Positions 1-11,828 of a stretch of 64,000 bases of DNA are shown here, in pieces. Origin of the DNA: Octopus sinensis (taxonomy: Eukaryota); contig NC_042997.1 in NCBI RefSeq assembly GCF_006345805.1, forward strand, positions 170,996,001-171,060,000, written 5' to 3'. The notes below the pieces were generated by a model, which was not told the origin of the DNA, searched no databases, and was given only the letters and a program-made list of their open reading frames with translations. Position numbers and translations under genes: made by a program. Each line of letters begins with the position of its first letter. Position 1 is the first letter of the stretch.

Positions 1-87
1 TGTATCGTCTATCTGGATGTTTTGTTGTCCCTTTTTGTATCACCTAGTTGTCCGGATGTTTTGCGTTCTTGTCCCATTATGTATTAT

Positions 88-140
<53 letters not shown>

Positions 141-233
141 AAAACAGGGGCAATGAGAGAATGTAATAAACATTAAAACAAGTAATGTCAAGTAAGTCAG
201 CACTGAATCAGTAACACCAAAAATATTTCATAC

Positions 234-248
234 CTTAAGATGAGTGAC
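234..248 (-). CDS. Possible 15-nt microexon
   Basis: ttatttagcttcag|GTCACTCATCTTAAG|gtatga. Frame-preserving length; supported by splice signals only. Confidence 0.2.
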
Positions 249-616
249 CTGAAGCTAAATAACAGCAACCAGAAATACTTATTTCAAAGTCTGTTTGATG
301 AGGGCTGGCCTGGTGGGGCTTAAATAATTCCATTTCAGGCCTGCTTTGCAACCATGTATTTTTATTATTTTTAAAATTTTTTAGCGAGTGTCTTCTATAG
401 CCTAGGTTGATCAAAGCCCAGTGAACCAAATCTACAACTGACTGAAAACTGCATGGAAGCCCATTGAAGAAACAGTCCTGCTCTTGGATTTTAGATTTAA
501 TTGCTCAGTTTAATGTTACCAATCACTTGGAGACCTGTAACCGTTTGGCATTCAGCTTACCCTATAAAAGGTTATGCTTATTTATTCACATTGTTTTGAA
601 TTAATCATGCATAAAC

Positions 617-1162
617 ATAGGCGCAGGAGTGGCTGTGCGATATAGGTGTAGGAGTGGCTGTGTGGTATGAAGCTTGCTTACCAGCCACATGGTTCCAGGT
701 TCATTCCCACTGCGTGGCACCTTGGTTGGGCAAGAGTCTTCTATTATAGCCTCGGGCCAGCCAAAGCCTTGTGGGTGGATTTGGTAGATGGAAACTGAAA
801 GAAGCCTGTCGTATACTTGTGTTTATATATATAAAGGGGTAAAGACCCCCTTCGGTCATGAATGACCATGGGATTGCACCTAGAAAGTTACCCTCCTAGA
901 CACAAGTCCGGGCAAGGTTGTTTATGGAAGGCCAGCAGTCGCCCATGCATACCAGCCTCCCCTCTCCACGCCACCAGTGTTATCCAAGGGAAAGACAATG
1001 GTCGATACAGCTTGGCACCAGTGACGTCGTAACTCATTTCTACAGCTGAGTGAACTGGAGCAACGTGAAATAAAGTACCTTGCTCGAGAACACAACACAC
1101 AGCCCGGTCCGGGATTCGAGCTCACAACCTCACGATCGTAAGCTCGACGCTCTAACCACTGA

Positions 1163-1220
<58 letters not shown>

Positions 1221-1393
1221 ATGTTTGTCTCCCCGATGGTGGTGTGTTTACGTCCCCGTATATTAGAGGTTTGGCAAAAGAGACCAATAGAATAAGTACT
1301 AGGCTTCCTTCCAAAGAATAAGTCCTGGGGTCGATTTGCTCGACTAAAGGCGGTACAGTCAAATGACTGAAACAAGTAAAAGAGAGTAAACAT
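617..1393 (+). mobile_element. tRNA-derived SINE family A (head, TA/GT microsatellite, tail), interrupted by a family C SINE
   Basis: A/B-box head ggcgcaggagtggctgtgtggt...ggttccaggttca, tail ...gactgaaacaagtaaaaga. About 20 copies or fragments in the window. Probably one of the described octopus OK/OR families; not assignable here. Confidence 0.85.
835..1167 (-). mobile_element. tRNA-derived SINE family C
   Basis: Head ggctcagtggttagagcgtcgagcttacgatcgtgaggttgtgagctcgaatccc, with a CORE/V-like central block. Related older copies at 30912-31160 and 58586-58740. Confidence 0.75.
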
Positions 1394-1690
1394 AGCTTTG
1401 AGATTGTTTATTTCTAGAATGACATTGTAAGGTGAGAATGAGATGTTGAATTTGGTCAGTCTGAATATAAAACAGGTAGAATGGTTTCGGCGGGATATGG
1501 CTGGTTTAAATGCTAAGGGGGAGGTGAAGGAGTTTATTCTCTTGCAAAGCTAACGAAGTGTTGTCCTCCTTCCTCTGCTTAAACACTTAAACTTACACCA
1601 ATATATTCCTAGCATCATTACCCACCATTCACCCCCATTTCAACAACAACAGCTTCCACTGCCACCGCTGCCACTACAACCACCACCACT

Positions 1691-2149
1691 ACCTCGGGGG
1701 AATTTGAACTCAGAACGTATCGGCAGACGAAATACATGTTTCTTTATTACCCACAAGGGTCTAAACACAGAGAGGACAAACAAGGACAGACAAACGGATT
1801 AAGTCGATTATATCGACCCCAGTGCGTAACTGGTACTTATTTAATCGACTCCGAAAGGATGAGAGGCAAAGTCGACCTCGGCGGAATTGGAACTCAGAAT
1901 GTAGCGGCGGACGAAATACCTATTTCTTTACTACCCACAAGGGGCTAAACATAGAGTGGACAAACAAGGACAGACAAAGGGATTAAGTCGATTACATCGA
2001 CCCCAGTGCGTAACTGGTACTTAATTTATCGACCCAGAAAGGATGAAAGGCAATGTCAACCTCGGCGGAACTTGAACTCAGAATGTAGCGGTGGACGAAA
2101 TACCACAAAGCATTTCGCCCGGCGTGCTAACGATTCTGCCAGCTCGCCG
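1691..2149 (-). mobile_element. Head-to-tail concatemer of SINE family B1 (2 units plus a partial)
   Basis: ~185-bp units (1736-1920, 1921-2100) joined at gaaatac; a single tRNA-like head ends at ~2149. Confidence 0.85.
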
Positions 2150-3858
2150 ACACCACCACTACCATCGACACTACTTTGTCCCTACAGCTACTGATCTCTA
2201 CGTCTATATCACATCTACTACTAAAATCACTGGAAATCACTGTTGCCATCTTCAGTCACCAACACTACTGTTTAGTGTCCGTACTCTCAACAACATCATT
2301 AACCATCATACACCCTGATGAACTACACCACCATCACAAACTACCCCTTTAAGAAAATAAATAAATATCAGTTGTTAGTAGTACACATACAAAACACTAA
2401 CGTATGCTTTAAACACTTGTTTATTTTATTATGTTATCAAACATGAAAACAAACAAAACCATTAAATAAACTGAAACTAATATAACGAAAACAACTATTA
2501 TTGGATATTTTTTATGTAATAAATAATTATCATTATCATAATTGTTGAATCAGTCTCATTGTATTTTGTCTAATCCATGTAGGCATGAATAAGTGGACAT
2601 TGAAACTTATTATTATATCCATTTTTATTTATCAGAGCTCTTGATTTCACTTGCTCTGGTTAACTCTGTAAAAACAGACAGCAACCTGCTGTCAAAGTTC
2701 TCACAGGGTCCCTTTCTTTCAACAACACTTAACAACCAAGTACCAATCTCAGAATCCTCACTGTCCCCAATAGAGGAGTATTTTGAAAATGTTCTACCCC
2801 TGAGTCAATTCCAGCCCCCCCCCCTTCTAAAAATACAATACAGCAATGAGTTGATTTATTTTTTCCTTTAGGCAAACATTTCTGATGAGGTGATAATAAA
2901 TACTGAAACTAGACAGATCAATCTCTCTTCTCTGTATTTTTCAGTTAGGTTAGAATGTGTTTTACAACATTATATTTCTTCAGTTAATATATATATATAT
3001 ATATTTTTAAAGCTGGTGATTCTTCTGAAGAGAATGTTCTACAACCATGCAACTTGGAGCAGTACTGGAGTGAATCCTTAGTTTTGATTGAATAAATAAA
3101 CTATTACAGCTATTGAGTATTTTCCTCCCCCATTGCACCCCTAAATACATGTGTTGTGGGGGGAAGGTCTTTTTGGTCTCACACACCAGGTCTGAATTTT
3201 TTGAAAATTCTTATAAATCTGTGTAGTTTCGCACGCTACTTATGAAAATTAATCTTTTGAGATATTAAAACTAAAAATGCGACCATTTTACAACATGCCA
3301 AAAAGTTGGAATTAAACAACCACTTGCAATTTGATATTTCTTTTTTTCTTTGGAGACAGGTATTTTTGGAGTGAGCATATTGATTCCAACTTATTGAGTA
3401 TCATCACAAAGCAGAAGATTTGGTAAGTCTGTAAAATCCTTTGAAAATGGAAGATGACACAGTAGAATATTATCCAAGAGAAGTCAATAACTCTGAGAAG
3501 TAGTCTCTATGAGCAAAAATCCCAAGCGAAGATTCCTGTTGATGACAGAAGCACCGAGTAGAAATGCAAGAAAAGGTGGTGCAATACAGTTGAGTCCAAA
3601 TAGAAAGGAAATTGGCCTGAAGGTAAGTGTAAGTACTCTTCTATAAATTATTAGGGGAAAGAACTTGCAAATGTCCATTTCTATGAGGAGCAGTTAAAAA
3701 TGTGAGCCATAATACTGAGATTGATTATAACAATTATGAGGGAAATGATGTGTGCAAGGGTACGAGAAACAAACAAAAAAATTACTTAGAGAGAGAGTGT
3801 GGCATGTGTCTGTCTGCAAATACCTGTGTTGCTCCTGTGAAATATATACAACTTCATA

Positions 3859-4066
3859 TACTTTACTACCCACAAGGGGCTAAACAAGAACAGACAAATG
3901 GATTAAGTTGATTACATCGACCCCAGTGCGTAACTGGTACTTAATTTATCGACCCCGAAAGGATGAAAGGCAACATCGACTTCGGCGGAATTTGAACTCA
4001 GAACGTAAAGACAGACGAAATACCGCTAAGCATTTCGCCCGGCGTGCTAACGTTTCTGCCAGCTTC
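3859..4066 (-). mobile_element. SINE family B1
   Basis: Matches 1921-2149. Confidence 0.8.
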
Positions 4067-4531
4067 AAATACCATTAATGAGACTGTCTAGTGAACTTAG
4101 AAAGAAATGATAGTTGGTTTTAAGACTGGGGTGGATTGCAGTAGTGTTGGGAACAAAAAAGAGTTGTTCACAGCAGCAATGAGGGAGGAAAAAATATTGC
4201 TAGCCAAAGTTGAACACTAAAGTGTTTTAAGAAGATGTTTACATTAATTATTATCTTGTTAGTCAGTCGAGTGGTGAACAGCACAGCACGCTGTCAAATG
4301 TTAACATACCTGGGCACATGCTAAGCAATAGTAAAAGATTGCATTCTAAGCTAATTAAGTACCATTTTCTTCTAAATCTGTAATTTTATAAATAAATACT
4401 AAAGCTGAGGAAAGGAGGGAGAGAGTGACAGTAGTGCCTAATTCACAGTTTATAAGTACATATTCTACACACAGACACTCTCTCTCTAATTGAGATTGTA
4501 TCAGTGCATGTGGTTTCATAATTGCTGTTTG

Positions 4532-4639
4532 AGTGTGTGTGAGTGTGAGTGTGAGTGTGAGAGAGAGAGAGAGAGAGAGAGAGACAGATAAATAGATAGA
4601 TAGATAGATAGATAGATAGAGAGGAGGGAACAGACTGAC

Positions 4640-4690
<51 letters not shown>
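4532..4690. repeat. Compound microsatellite (GTGTGA)n(GA)n(GATA)n(GA)n
   Basis: Directly visible. Confidence 0.95.
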
Positions 4691-4692
<2 letters not shown>

Positions 4693-4916
4693 CACACCAC
4701 GCTGAAAGAGAGTGAGTGAAACAGTAAACTGCAGAAATATAACATTAAAATTTATGTGAGGTAAATAATAAATGGCTAATAAGTGCTTTTGAAGTTGATA
4801 GCCAGTAGTTTGGGCATTAAATAAAGATAACTGAAGTGAAGAAGACTTCAACGAGGGCAAGATTCTGCTACTAATTTCCTATTCTTAGCCAATCATGGAA
4901 CTGAAAGAGGTGTTGC

Positions 4917-4973
<57 letters not shown>

Positions 4974-5937
4974 ATGGATATAGGCTGCCTAACAGATGGT
5001 ACACAGATAAGACAAATGAATGACTTAGTGACTAATGCGTGTGTGTGTGCATGTGCACGGAAAGACTAAGGGGTAAAGTAGGTTATCATAATCAAATTAC
5101 AAAGTTTACTTAGAAGGAAACATGAGTGAGGAAGTAAATAGCCATTAATTATATAAATGAAAAATGTTAAAAAGATGACGACGACGAACGAAAAATGGTC
5201 ATGGTGACATATTAATGGAGTCATTAATATAAAACATTAATAGTATCGTTAAAACAAGTTGTAGTTATCTTACTAATCAGGATATTCATATCCAATATAT
5301 GGTGTCATATAGCAAAAATAAAACAAAACAAAAAAAAAAACACACACAAGAGATCCTCTATGTGGTTGCTGCACCTGCTAGAAATAGCAGCCAAATGTCC
5401 TCCAAATTATATTCTTTAAATAGGAATGAATGACACGTTTAGAAATATAGTTCTGAATCGACTATATAATGGGCAATGGTCATGGTTGGAATGTTTTTGA
5501 TTATTAATCTACTCACAATTAGTGCTTACCAGGGATTAAACAAGAAAGAACAGTATATGTCACACCAAAGAAAGTGACACTCTTTATTGTTGTAACATGC
5601 CCAATTTGGTATCTCACATTTGTTGTTCATCTTTAAAAAGCCAATATGATATGTCAAAGCAACTGACTGGAAGGAATGTTTCACTCCAGGGAGTTTTAAT
5701 AAAAGGTATGTCATGAAACAATATCAGTACTAGTTTTTCTTTGGTGGTTCTTGAGAAAATTTAAGCTCAATACCTGAAGCTAATGAAACACATTTAACCT
5801 TTTAGAATTTAATCTGCCCATATACAGGCCTAATTATCCCACTTGTTTAATGTTACAGGCTGGCCAGATCTTGCCTCTCACACCTACCCCATAATGTTAT
5901 TCTAAAAATAAATAACATCATTCAAATTTCAAAGCTA

Positions 5938-6345
5938 GGATCTTTTCGGTTTGAACGGCAGTTTTTCTAGCGGTGTCATATGAAATTGTCACCCATAATT
6001 ATGACCCTAGTATCGATCTATTGCATTTCAATCTGTTTTAGGGTTAGGGTTAGGGGGTGGGGGGAAGGGTATCTTTTTTTCTTCACAAATGTAAATAAAC
6101 CCAATCTGTTTCTTAAACAAGGGACATATTCATACGGCACAGAATGCTTTTTAACTCAATAGACGTCATTGATTGGTAGAAATTGAAGAAAAATAACAAC
6201 AAATATCTTACAAATTATTGAATTTTCTCAATAAAGCCAGGAGAAAAAGATGTTTTATAAACACATTCTACCAGTATACGAAGTTTAAAATTTTTTAGTT
6301 ACCTAGAAATTATGTTAAAAACTGCCGTTCAAACCGAAAAGATCC
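5938..6345. mobile_element. MITE with GG-ended ~28-bp TIRs (Merlin-like), copy 1
   Basis: TIRs ggatcttttcggtttgaacggcagtttt / aaaactgccgttcaaaccgaaaagatcc, internal (TTAGGG)n/G-run. No TSD at this copy. Confidence 0.85.
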
Positions 6346-6609
6346 GAATGTTTCACTCCAGGGAGTTTTAACAAAAAGTATGAGATGAAACACTATCAGT
6401 ACTAGTTTTTCTTTGGTGGTTCTTGAGAAAATTTAAGCTCAATATCTGAAGCTAATGAAACACATTTAACCTTTTAGAATTTAATCTGGCCATATACAGG
6501 CCTAATTATCCCACTTGTTTAATGTTACAGTCTGGCCAGATCTTGCCTCTCACACCTACCCCATAATGTCATTCTAAAAATAAATAACATCATTCAAATC
6601 TCAAAGCTA

Positions 6610-7018
6610 GGATCTTTTCGGTTTGAACGGCAGTTTTTCTAGCGGTGTCATATGAAATTGTCACCCATAATTATGACCCTAGTATCGATCTATTGCATTT
6701 CAATCTGTTTTAGGGTTAGGGTTAGGGGGTGGGGGGGAAGGGTATCTTTTTTTCTTCACAAATGTAAATAAACCCAATCTGTTTCTTAAACAAGGGACAT
6801 ATTCATACGGCACAGAATGCTTTTTAACTCAATAGACGTCATTGATTGGTAGAAATTGAAGAAAAATAACAACAAATATCTTACAAACTATTGAATTTTC
6901 TCAATAAAGCCAAGAGAAAAAGATGTTTTATAAACACATTCTACCAGTATACGAAGTTTAAAATTTTTTAGTTACCTAGAAATTATGTTAAAAACTGCCG
7001 TTCAAACCGAAAAGATCC
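6610..7018. mobile_element. Merlin-like MITE, copy 2
   Basis: Nearly identical to copy 1 (two substitutions and a G-run length difference seen by eye). No TSD. Confidence 0.85.
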
Positions 7019-9898
7019 GAATGTTTCACTCCAGGGAGTTTTAACAAAAAGTATGAGATGAAACACTATCAGTACTAGTTTTTCTTTGGTGGTTCTTGAG
7101 AAAATTTAAGCTCAATATCTGAAGCTAATGAAACACATTTAACCTTTTAGAATTTAATCTGGCCATATACAGGCCTAATTATCCCACTTGTTTAATGTTA
7201 CAGTCTGGCCAGATCTTGCCTCTCACACCTACCCCATAATGTCATTCTAAAAATAAATAACATCATTCAAATCTCAAAGCTATAAGATAATGCATGATTA
7301 ATTCAAAACACTGTAAATGTATAAGCATTACACTTGAAGAATAATTTGAATGTTAAAGTGTTAAGAAGCAACGTTTATATTGTACACACTAATGATTTAT
7401 ATCGCCACATAATATTGCCTATTTATATGTTGACGATGGAAACCACTACATGGTCATTTGATTCGCTAGAAATTTAAGCTTACTTTCTAGTAGATCCAAC
7501 TCTATCATCATAATTAAGAAAAATACCAACCTGATACAATATAGTCAACTAAGCTATGACCCAGAGAGAGATAATAAGATTATACAAGTCTACATTAATA
7601 AACAGTCAACTGCTGTTATCCACAATATTATGTAGAGTACCAAACATAATATTTTCTGAATATATGAGGAGAGGCACTGATAACATAATCTAATAAAAGA
7701 CAAAATTTGACCTGGATTTTGTGTCTGGTGTGGGTAGGTGGAGGGTAAAGAATTAAATAAACTAGTAATGTACAGCAGTTGATTCAGTTATCTAAGTCTT
7801 TCTTTCTTCTACTATTATATTTGTAGCTATGTGTTAGTGCAAAGAATGGACATGGATTGCGTTTGTGTTTAAGTCTTTTTTAAATCAACACAAAAGGCCT
7901 AAAAGGAGAGCAACATGCGTCCAAGACATGAACTTATCAGTTATTTTAAAACGATTTACATAGTAGAAATGCCAATCACATACTAAGGTTGATGGTTTTA
8001 CTAAACCCGCTGGCAAAAAAAAAAAAAAACCCTGCTGGCATTGTGCCCTAAATCAGAAATAATTGCTGCTGCTGCTTGTTTGTTTGTTGAGCGAAGCAGT
8101 CTTCGTCCCAGAGTGGGAGAAGTCCGAAACGTGGTCTTTTGTACAGAGACTTTAATGATTAACAATGACAACAACACACACAAAGCTACTAAAACCATAT
8201 TTTGAAATGAGATGTTGAAAAGAAAACAGCAAAAATTATTCTCACTATTAAATATTTTTATTTGTTTTTCAGACAAATATTTCCACTAGCAAGGAATAAC
8301 ATATGTTCACAGATACAGGTGTGTGTGTGTGTGCGTGTGTGTGTGTGTCAATGAGAATGAACTTATACCAGAACTTCAATCTCTGGTAGCTAAATGGACT
8401 GAAACAAAGTAGAATAAACAAGATGAATAACCAAGTAGACCAATTTTTTTTATCTGATTTTATTTGTTAATATTTGTGAAGCTAATCTCCTACAGGAAAG
8501 AAATGTGTTGATTAATTTTTTTTTTTTTTGACATATTAGTCTGTGGAGTAACAATATTTAGACATAAATACTAAGATCTTAGCATTTATAATGGCGTTTA
8601 TATAAATAACCCTTTTAAACAAGTCCCAATAAGAAACTATAAATATCATGTGGAGAGTAACAATAACTTCTTAAACCTGTAATATAACCCTTAGTTTTTA
8701 AAAAAAGAATTAGTGTAAAATATGATTGTTCCATAACTTAAATATTCCTTTAGCTGATACCAGACATCAGTATTTTATTGATATTAGCTAAATAAGTAAA
8801 TATATAATTTTTAGTCTAATATATTTTGAATTATTATACTTTTTTAAAAAATCTTCTCTATTGGTGTTAATAAGCTACATATACTTTACCATAGTATTAG
8901 TAATTTATGAAATTAATCTAATTTTTTTATCTCTATAAATTCATACTTAGCTTATATAAACTATACTGGTATATTCACTACTTATAAAAAAAACTGTTTA
9001 GATTATAATTTTATTAATATATAATTAGCATGTTCCTTTACCTCAATATTCCTTTATTAATACCAGTATATATCAATTAATCAATATTCACAGATACCAT
9101 CTGATGCATTAGTATTTAAGTGTACAATATGTATAAATATTAAACTATTTCAGGATAATTTCTTTTCCTCCCTCTATTGTTGTAAAAGTTTGGTATATAC
9201 TCAAAAGTATTCATAAATTTCTATCCTTTTGTTATAATATTCTTCTTAATAATCCTCTGAATAACCCTAAACTTTAACTGTATACAATATAGCAACATTG
9301 TTTAAAATATCTAACTATAGTACTACATGATAAGACTTCCCCTGTTTCATTATCAATGGTCTGCTAGTGGGTGAACCCCTTAATTGTCAGCTAACATCTT
9401 GTTTTAAGTTTTCCTTTACCAAACCTCATGATACTGCTTCTAATAAATCTTGATTTTTATGACTATACCAACTATGATGTCTGTCTGCTCCCTCAGCCCT
9501 ACCCCTAACAGGTACTGCCCTCTTTTCTCTCAGCCTTAGATATACATGGGATTTGATAAACTAGTCTATAAATTAAAACTGAACCCATAAAAACAAAAAA
9601 AATCAGTGATAGAGTCTGTGACAATGTATATTTTCTTGAAAACTTAGTAACTTCTATGCTGGAGTGAGACAGCATGTTTTTTGTCTATCTCCTTAACTTC
9701 TTGGAAATTTAAGGTATAATTATAGTAATGTGTCCATCTGTTCTAATTTAATGAAATTCTATGTCTTTGTGCAGCTGAAGATTGCTCTGCATTTTAAATT
9801 GATGTAATGATTGCATTGTTCAATTAAATGGAGTTGCATGAAATGATCGTACTGCATTACCTCTGGATATCTTCGTTGCTTATTTTGATTATATACAT

Positions 9899-9941
<43 letters not shown>

Positions 9942-11454
9942 CTTTGTGTCTCTCCCTTACCATTGTCCTCATGACTTAGTGGTTCAGCAAAAGAAACTGA
10001 TGAAGTACTAGGCTTACAAAGAATAAGTACTGGGGTTGATTCCTTTGACTAAAAGACCCTTCAAGGCAGTACCCCAGCATGGCTGCAGTCAAATGACTGA
10101 ATCAAGTAGAAGAATAAAATAAAGGCATAAAAAAATCCAACAAGGTGAGAGATCAAGAAGTTCTTTCCAGATGATGCTAAAACCTTCTGACACAGAAGAG
10201 TGCTTAGTTCCAAGTCTTTTCCAAAACTCAAAACAACATTATTTGAACAGTGGATTCCTGTAGTTTAGGATTTGGCAACAGCTGCAGCATTAGATGTCAA
10301 GAATTTAAAATAGTATTGAATTTGAAGGAGAAATTTCGTCAGCTACATTCAGCAGGTTGAAGCAACAGCATAGAAATGTTGTTCATTTGCTGGAGTATTA
10401 TATGTAATAGAAGCATGTGAAACATTATCAGTGACTTTGAAGTGAACTCTCTGTAAATCACTTAGGCAAGGAACATATCAAATCAGAGTTTAAAATCATT
10501 TAATATGATAGCAACACTTTGATACAGTACGACAACTATTTGAAATGTCAGTAGCTAAATATGCTAACATCATAGAAAGTATCTGCCATATCTTAAAGTC
10601 CACTACACACTGACATTAGGGCTCTTCAAATGTACAAGATCCAGAGTAAAAGAAGAAGAAGAAAGAAGGGAGAAAAAGAAATAGAAAAGAAATGAGTAAA
10701 AGAATAAAATAATAATACAATATCAGAACAAATTTCTAAAACATCGCTACTAAATACTTAAATATTGGTCTCCTTGGTTTGTTTGAAGAAAGTAGTTTGA
10801 AGAATAACAGATGAGTGAACGGCTGAAGTTAAGCTGAAAATCAATATGAAAACAGCATTCAATCTTGCAATATGTCACTTCAGTAGATTATCATTCTATC
10901 ATAGCTGACTATAAAACCTCTGTGACCAACCATGTATGGCTGAGAGTTTTGAAATAAGAGAGAGACTAGAGCAATGCTTTGTATATTACATGATTACTGC
11001 TCAAAATAAAGGAATGCATATACAAGCTGGCATAGTATCAATATAGCAAAATGTTTCAGATAATGTTTATCACAAGATGAAGCGAGTAGCTCTACTGTTA
11101 TACAGAATTAACTATGAAGAGAGGATTGTTTTCTGTTATATCAGAAGAACAAAGCAAGAATGAAATGAGTACATCTTTAGATGAAGGCAAAAAAAAAATA
11201 ACCAATTCTTCATGAAAATATTTCTGCATATTGCTTTTTAAAACAAAAACAATAAAGACTAACTACACATCAATCACGGAAACAGAGATGTGTAGATAAT
11301 GTAATTTCCCTATTAACCCTGATGGTGCCATGGAGAAATAATAACACTTCTGGTAAGAACCATTCAGCCAGTTAAACATGCACATGCACATACAAAGATA
11401 TGAGGAATAGGGGTGTAAATCCTGTTGGAATTAGTTCAGATCCTCTTGGTAACA

Positions 11455-11828
11455 TTTTCTTTTTTTTTTACTTGTTTCAGTCATTTGACTGCGGCCATGC
11501 TGGAGCACCGCCTTTTAGTCTTATTCTTTGTAAGCCTAGTACTTATTCTATTGGTCTCTTTTGCTGAAGCGCTAAGTAACGGGGACGTAAACATACCAGC
11601 ATCAGTATGGAGGGACAAACACAGACACACAAACACACACACATATATATATATATATACGACAGGCTTCTTTCAGTTTCCGTCTACCAAATCCACTCAC
11701 AAGGCTTTGGTCGGCCCGAGGCTATAGTAGAAGACACTTTCCCAAGGTGCCACGCAGTGGGACTGAACCCGGAACCGTGTGGTTGGTAAGCAGGCTACTT
11801 ACCACACAGCCCCCCCCCCTGCTCCTAT
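11455..11828 (-). mobile_element. SINE family A
   Basis: Reverse complement of the 617-1393 family, head and tail both present. Similar copies at 12890-13315, 16853-17118 and 28872-29298 (+). Confidence 0.8.

Larger units (their letters stand above)
5674..7282. repeat. Tandem array A-MITE-A'-MITE-A' (264-bp unit, three copies)
   Basis: Units at 5674-5937, 6346-6609 and 7019-7282. The last two look identical; the first differs at about 10 positions. Confidence 0.9.

Noticed and set aside
1095-1167. tRNA-like sequences (also other SINE heads)
   Set aside because: A and B boxes are present but there is no complete acceptor stem or cloverleaf, and each continues into a SINE body; they are not tRNA genes.
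888-1393. Overlapping ORFs of 70-146 aa
   Set aside because: They are translations of SINE A/C and (TA)n(GT)n. The same applies to the ORFs at 11425-11789, 17007-17210, 27805-28089, 28774-29115, 40481-40837, 47705-48193, 49557-49934 and 52736-52966.
3360-3622. Plus-strand exon-like segments ending in gtaagt (also 22094-22126)
   Set aside because: Isolated splice-like signals with no coherent plus-strand gene; expected by chance in 64 kb of AT-rich DNA.
5526-5714. Cys-rich minus ORF ending at a gtaagc donor
   Set aside because: No recognisable domain, uncertain acceptor, and no phase link to the other candidate exons.
5674-7282. Regular repeat-spacer appearance suggestive of CRISPR
   Set aside because: Units are hundreds of bp, the spacers are near-identical, the context is eukaryotic, and there are no cas genes.
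8500-10650. Possible ancient LINE fossil or coding-like sequence
   Set aside because: All frames examined are interrupted by stops, and no RT or endonuclease motif could be recovered convincingly.
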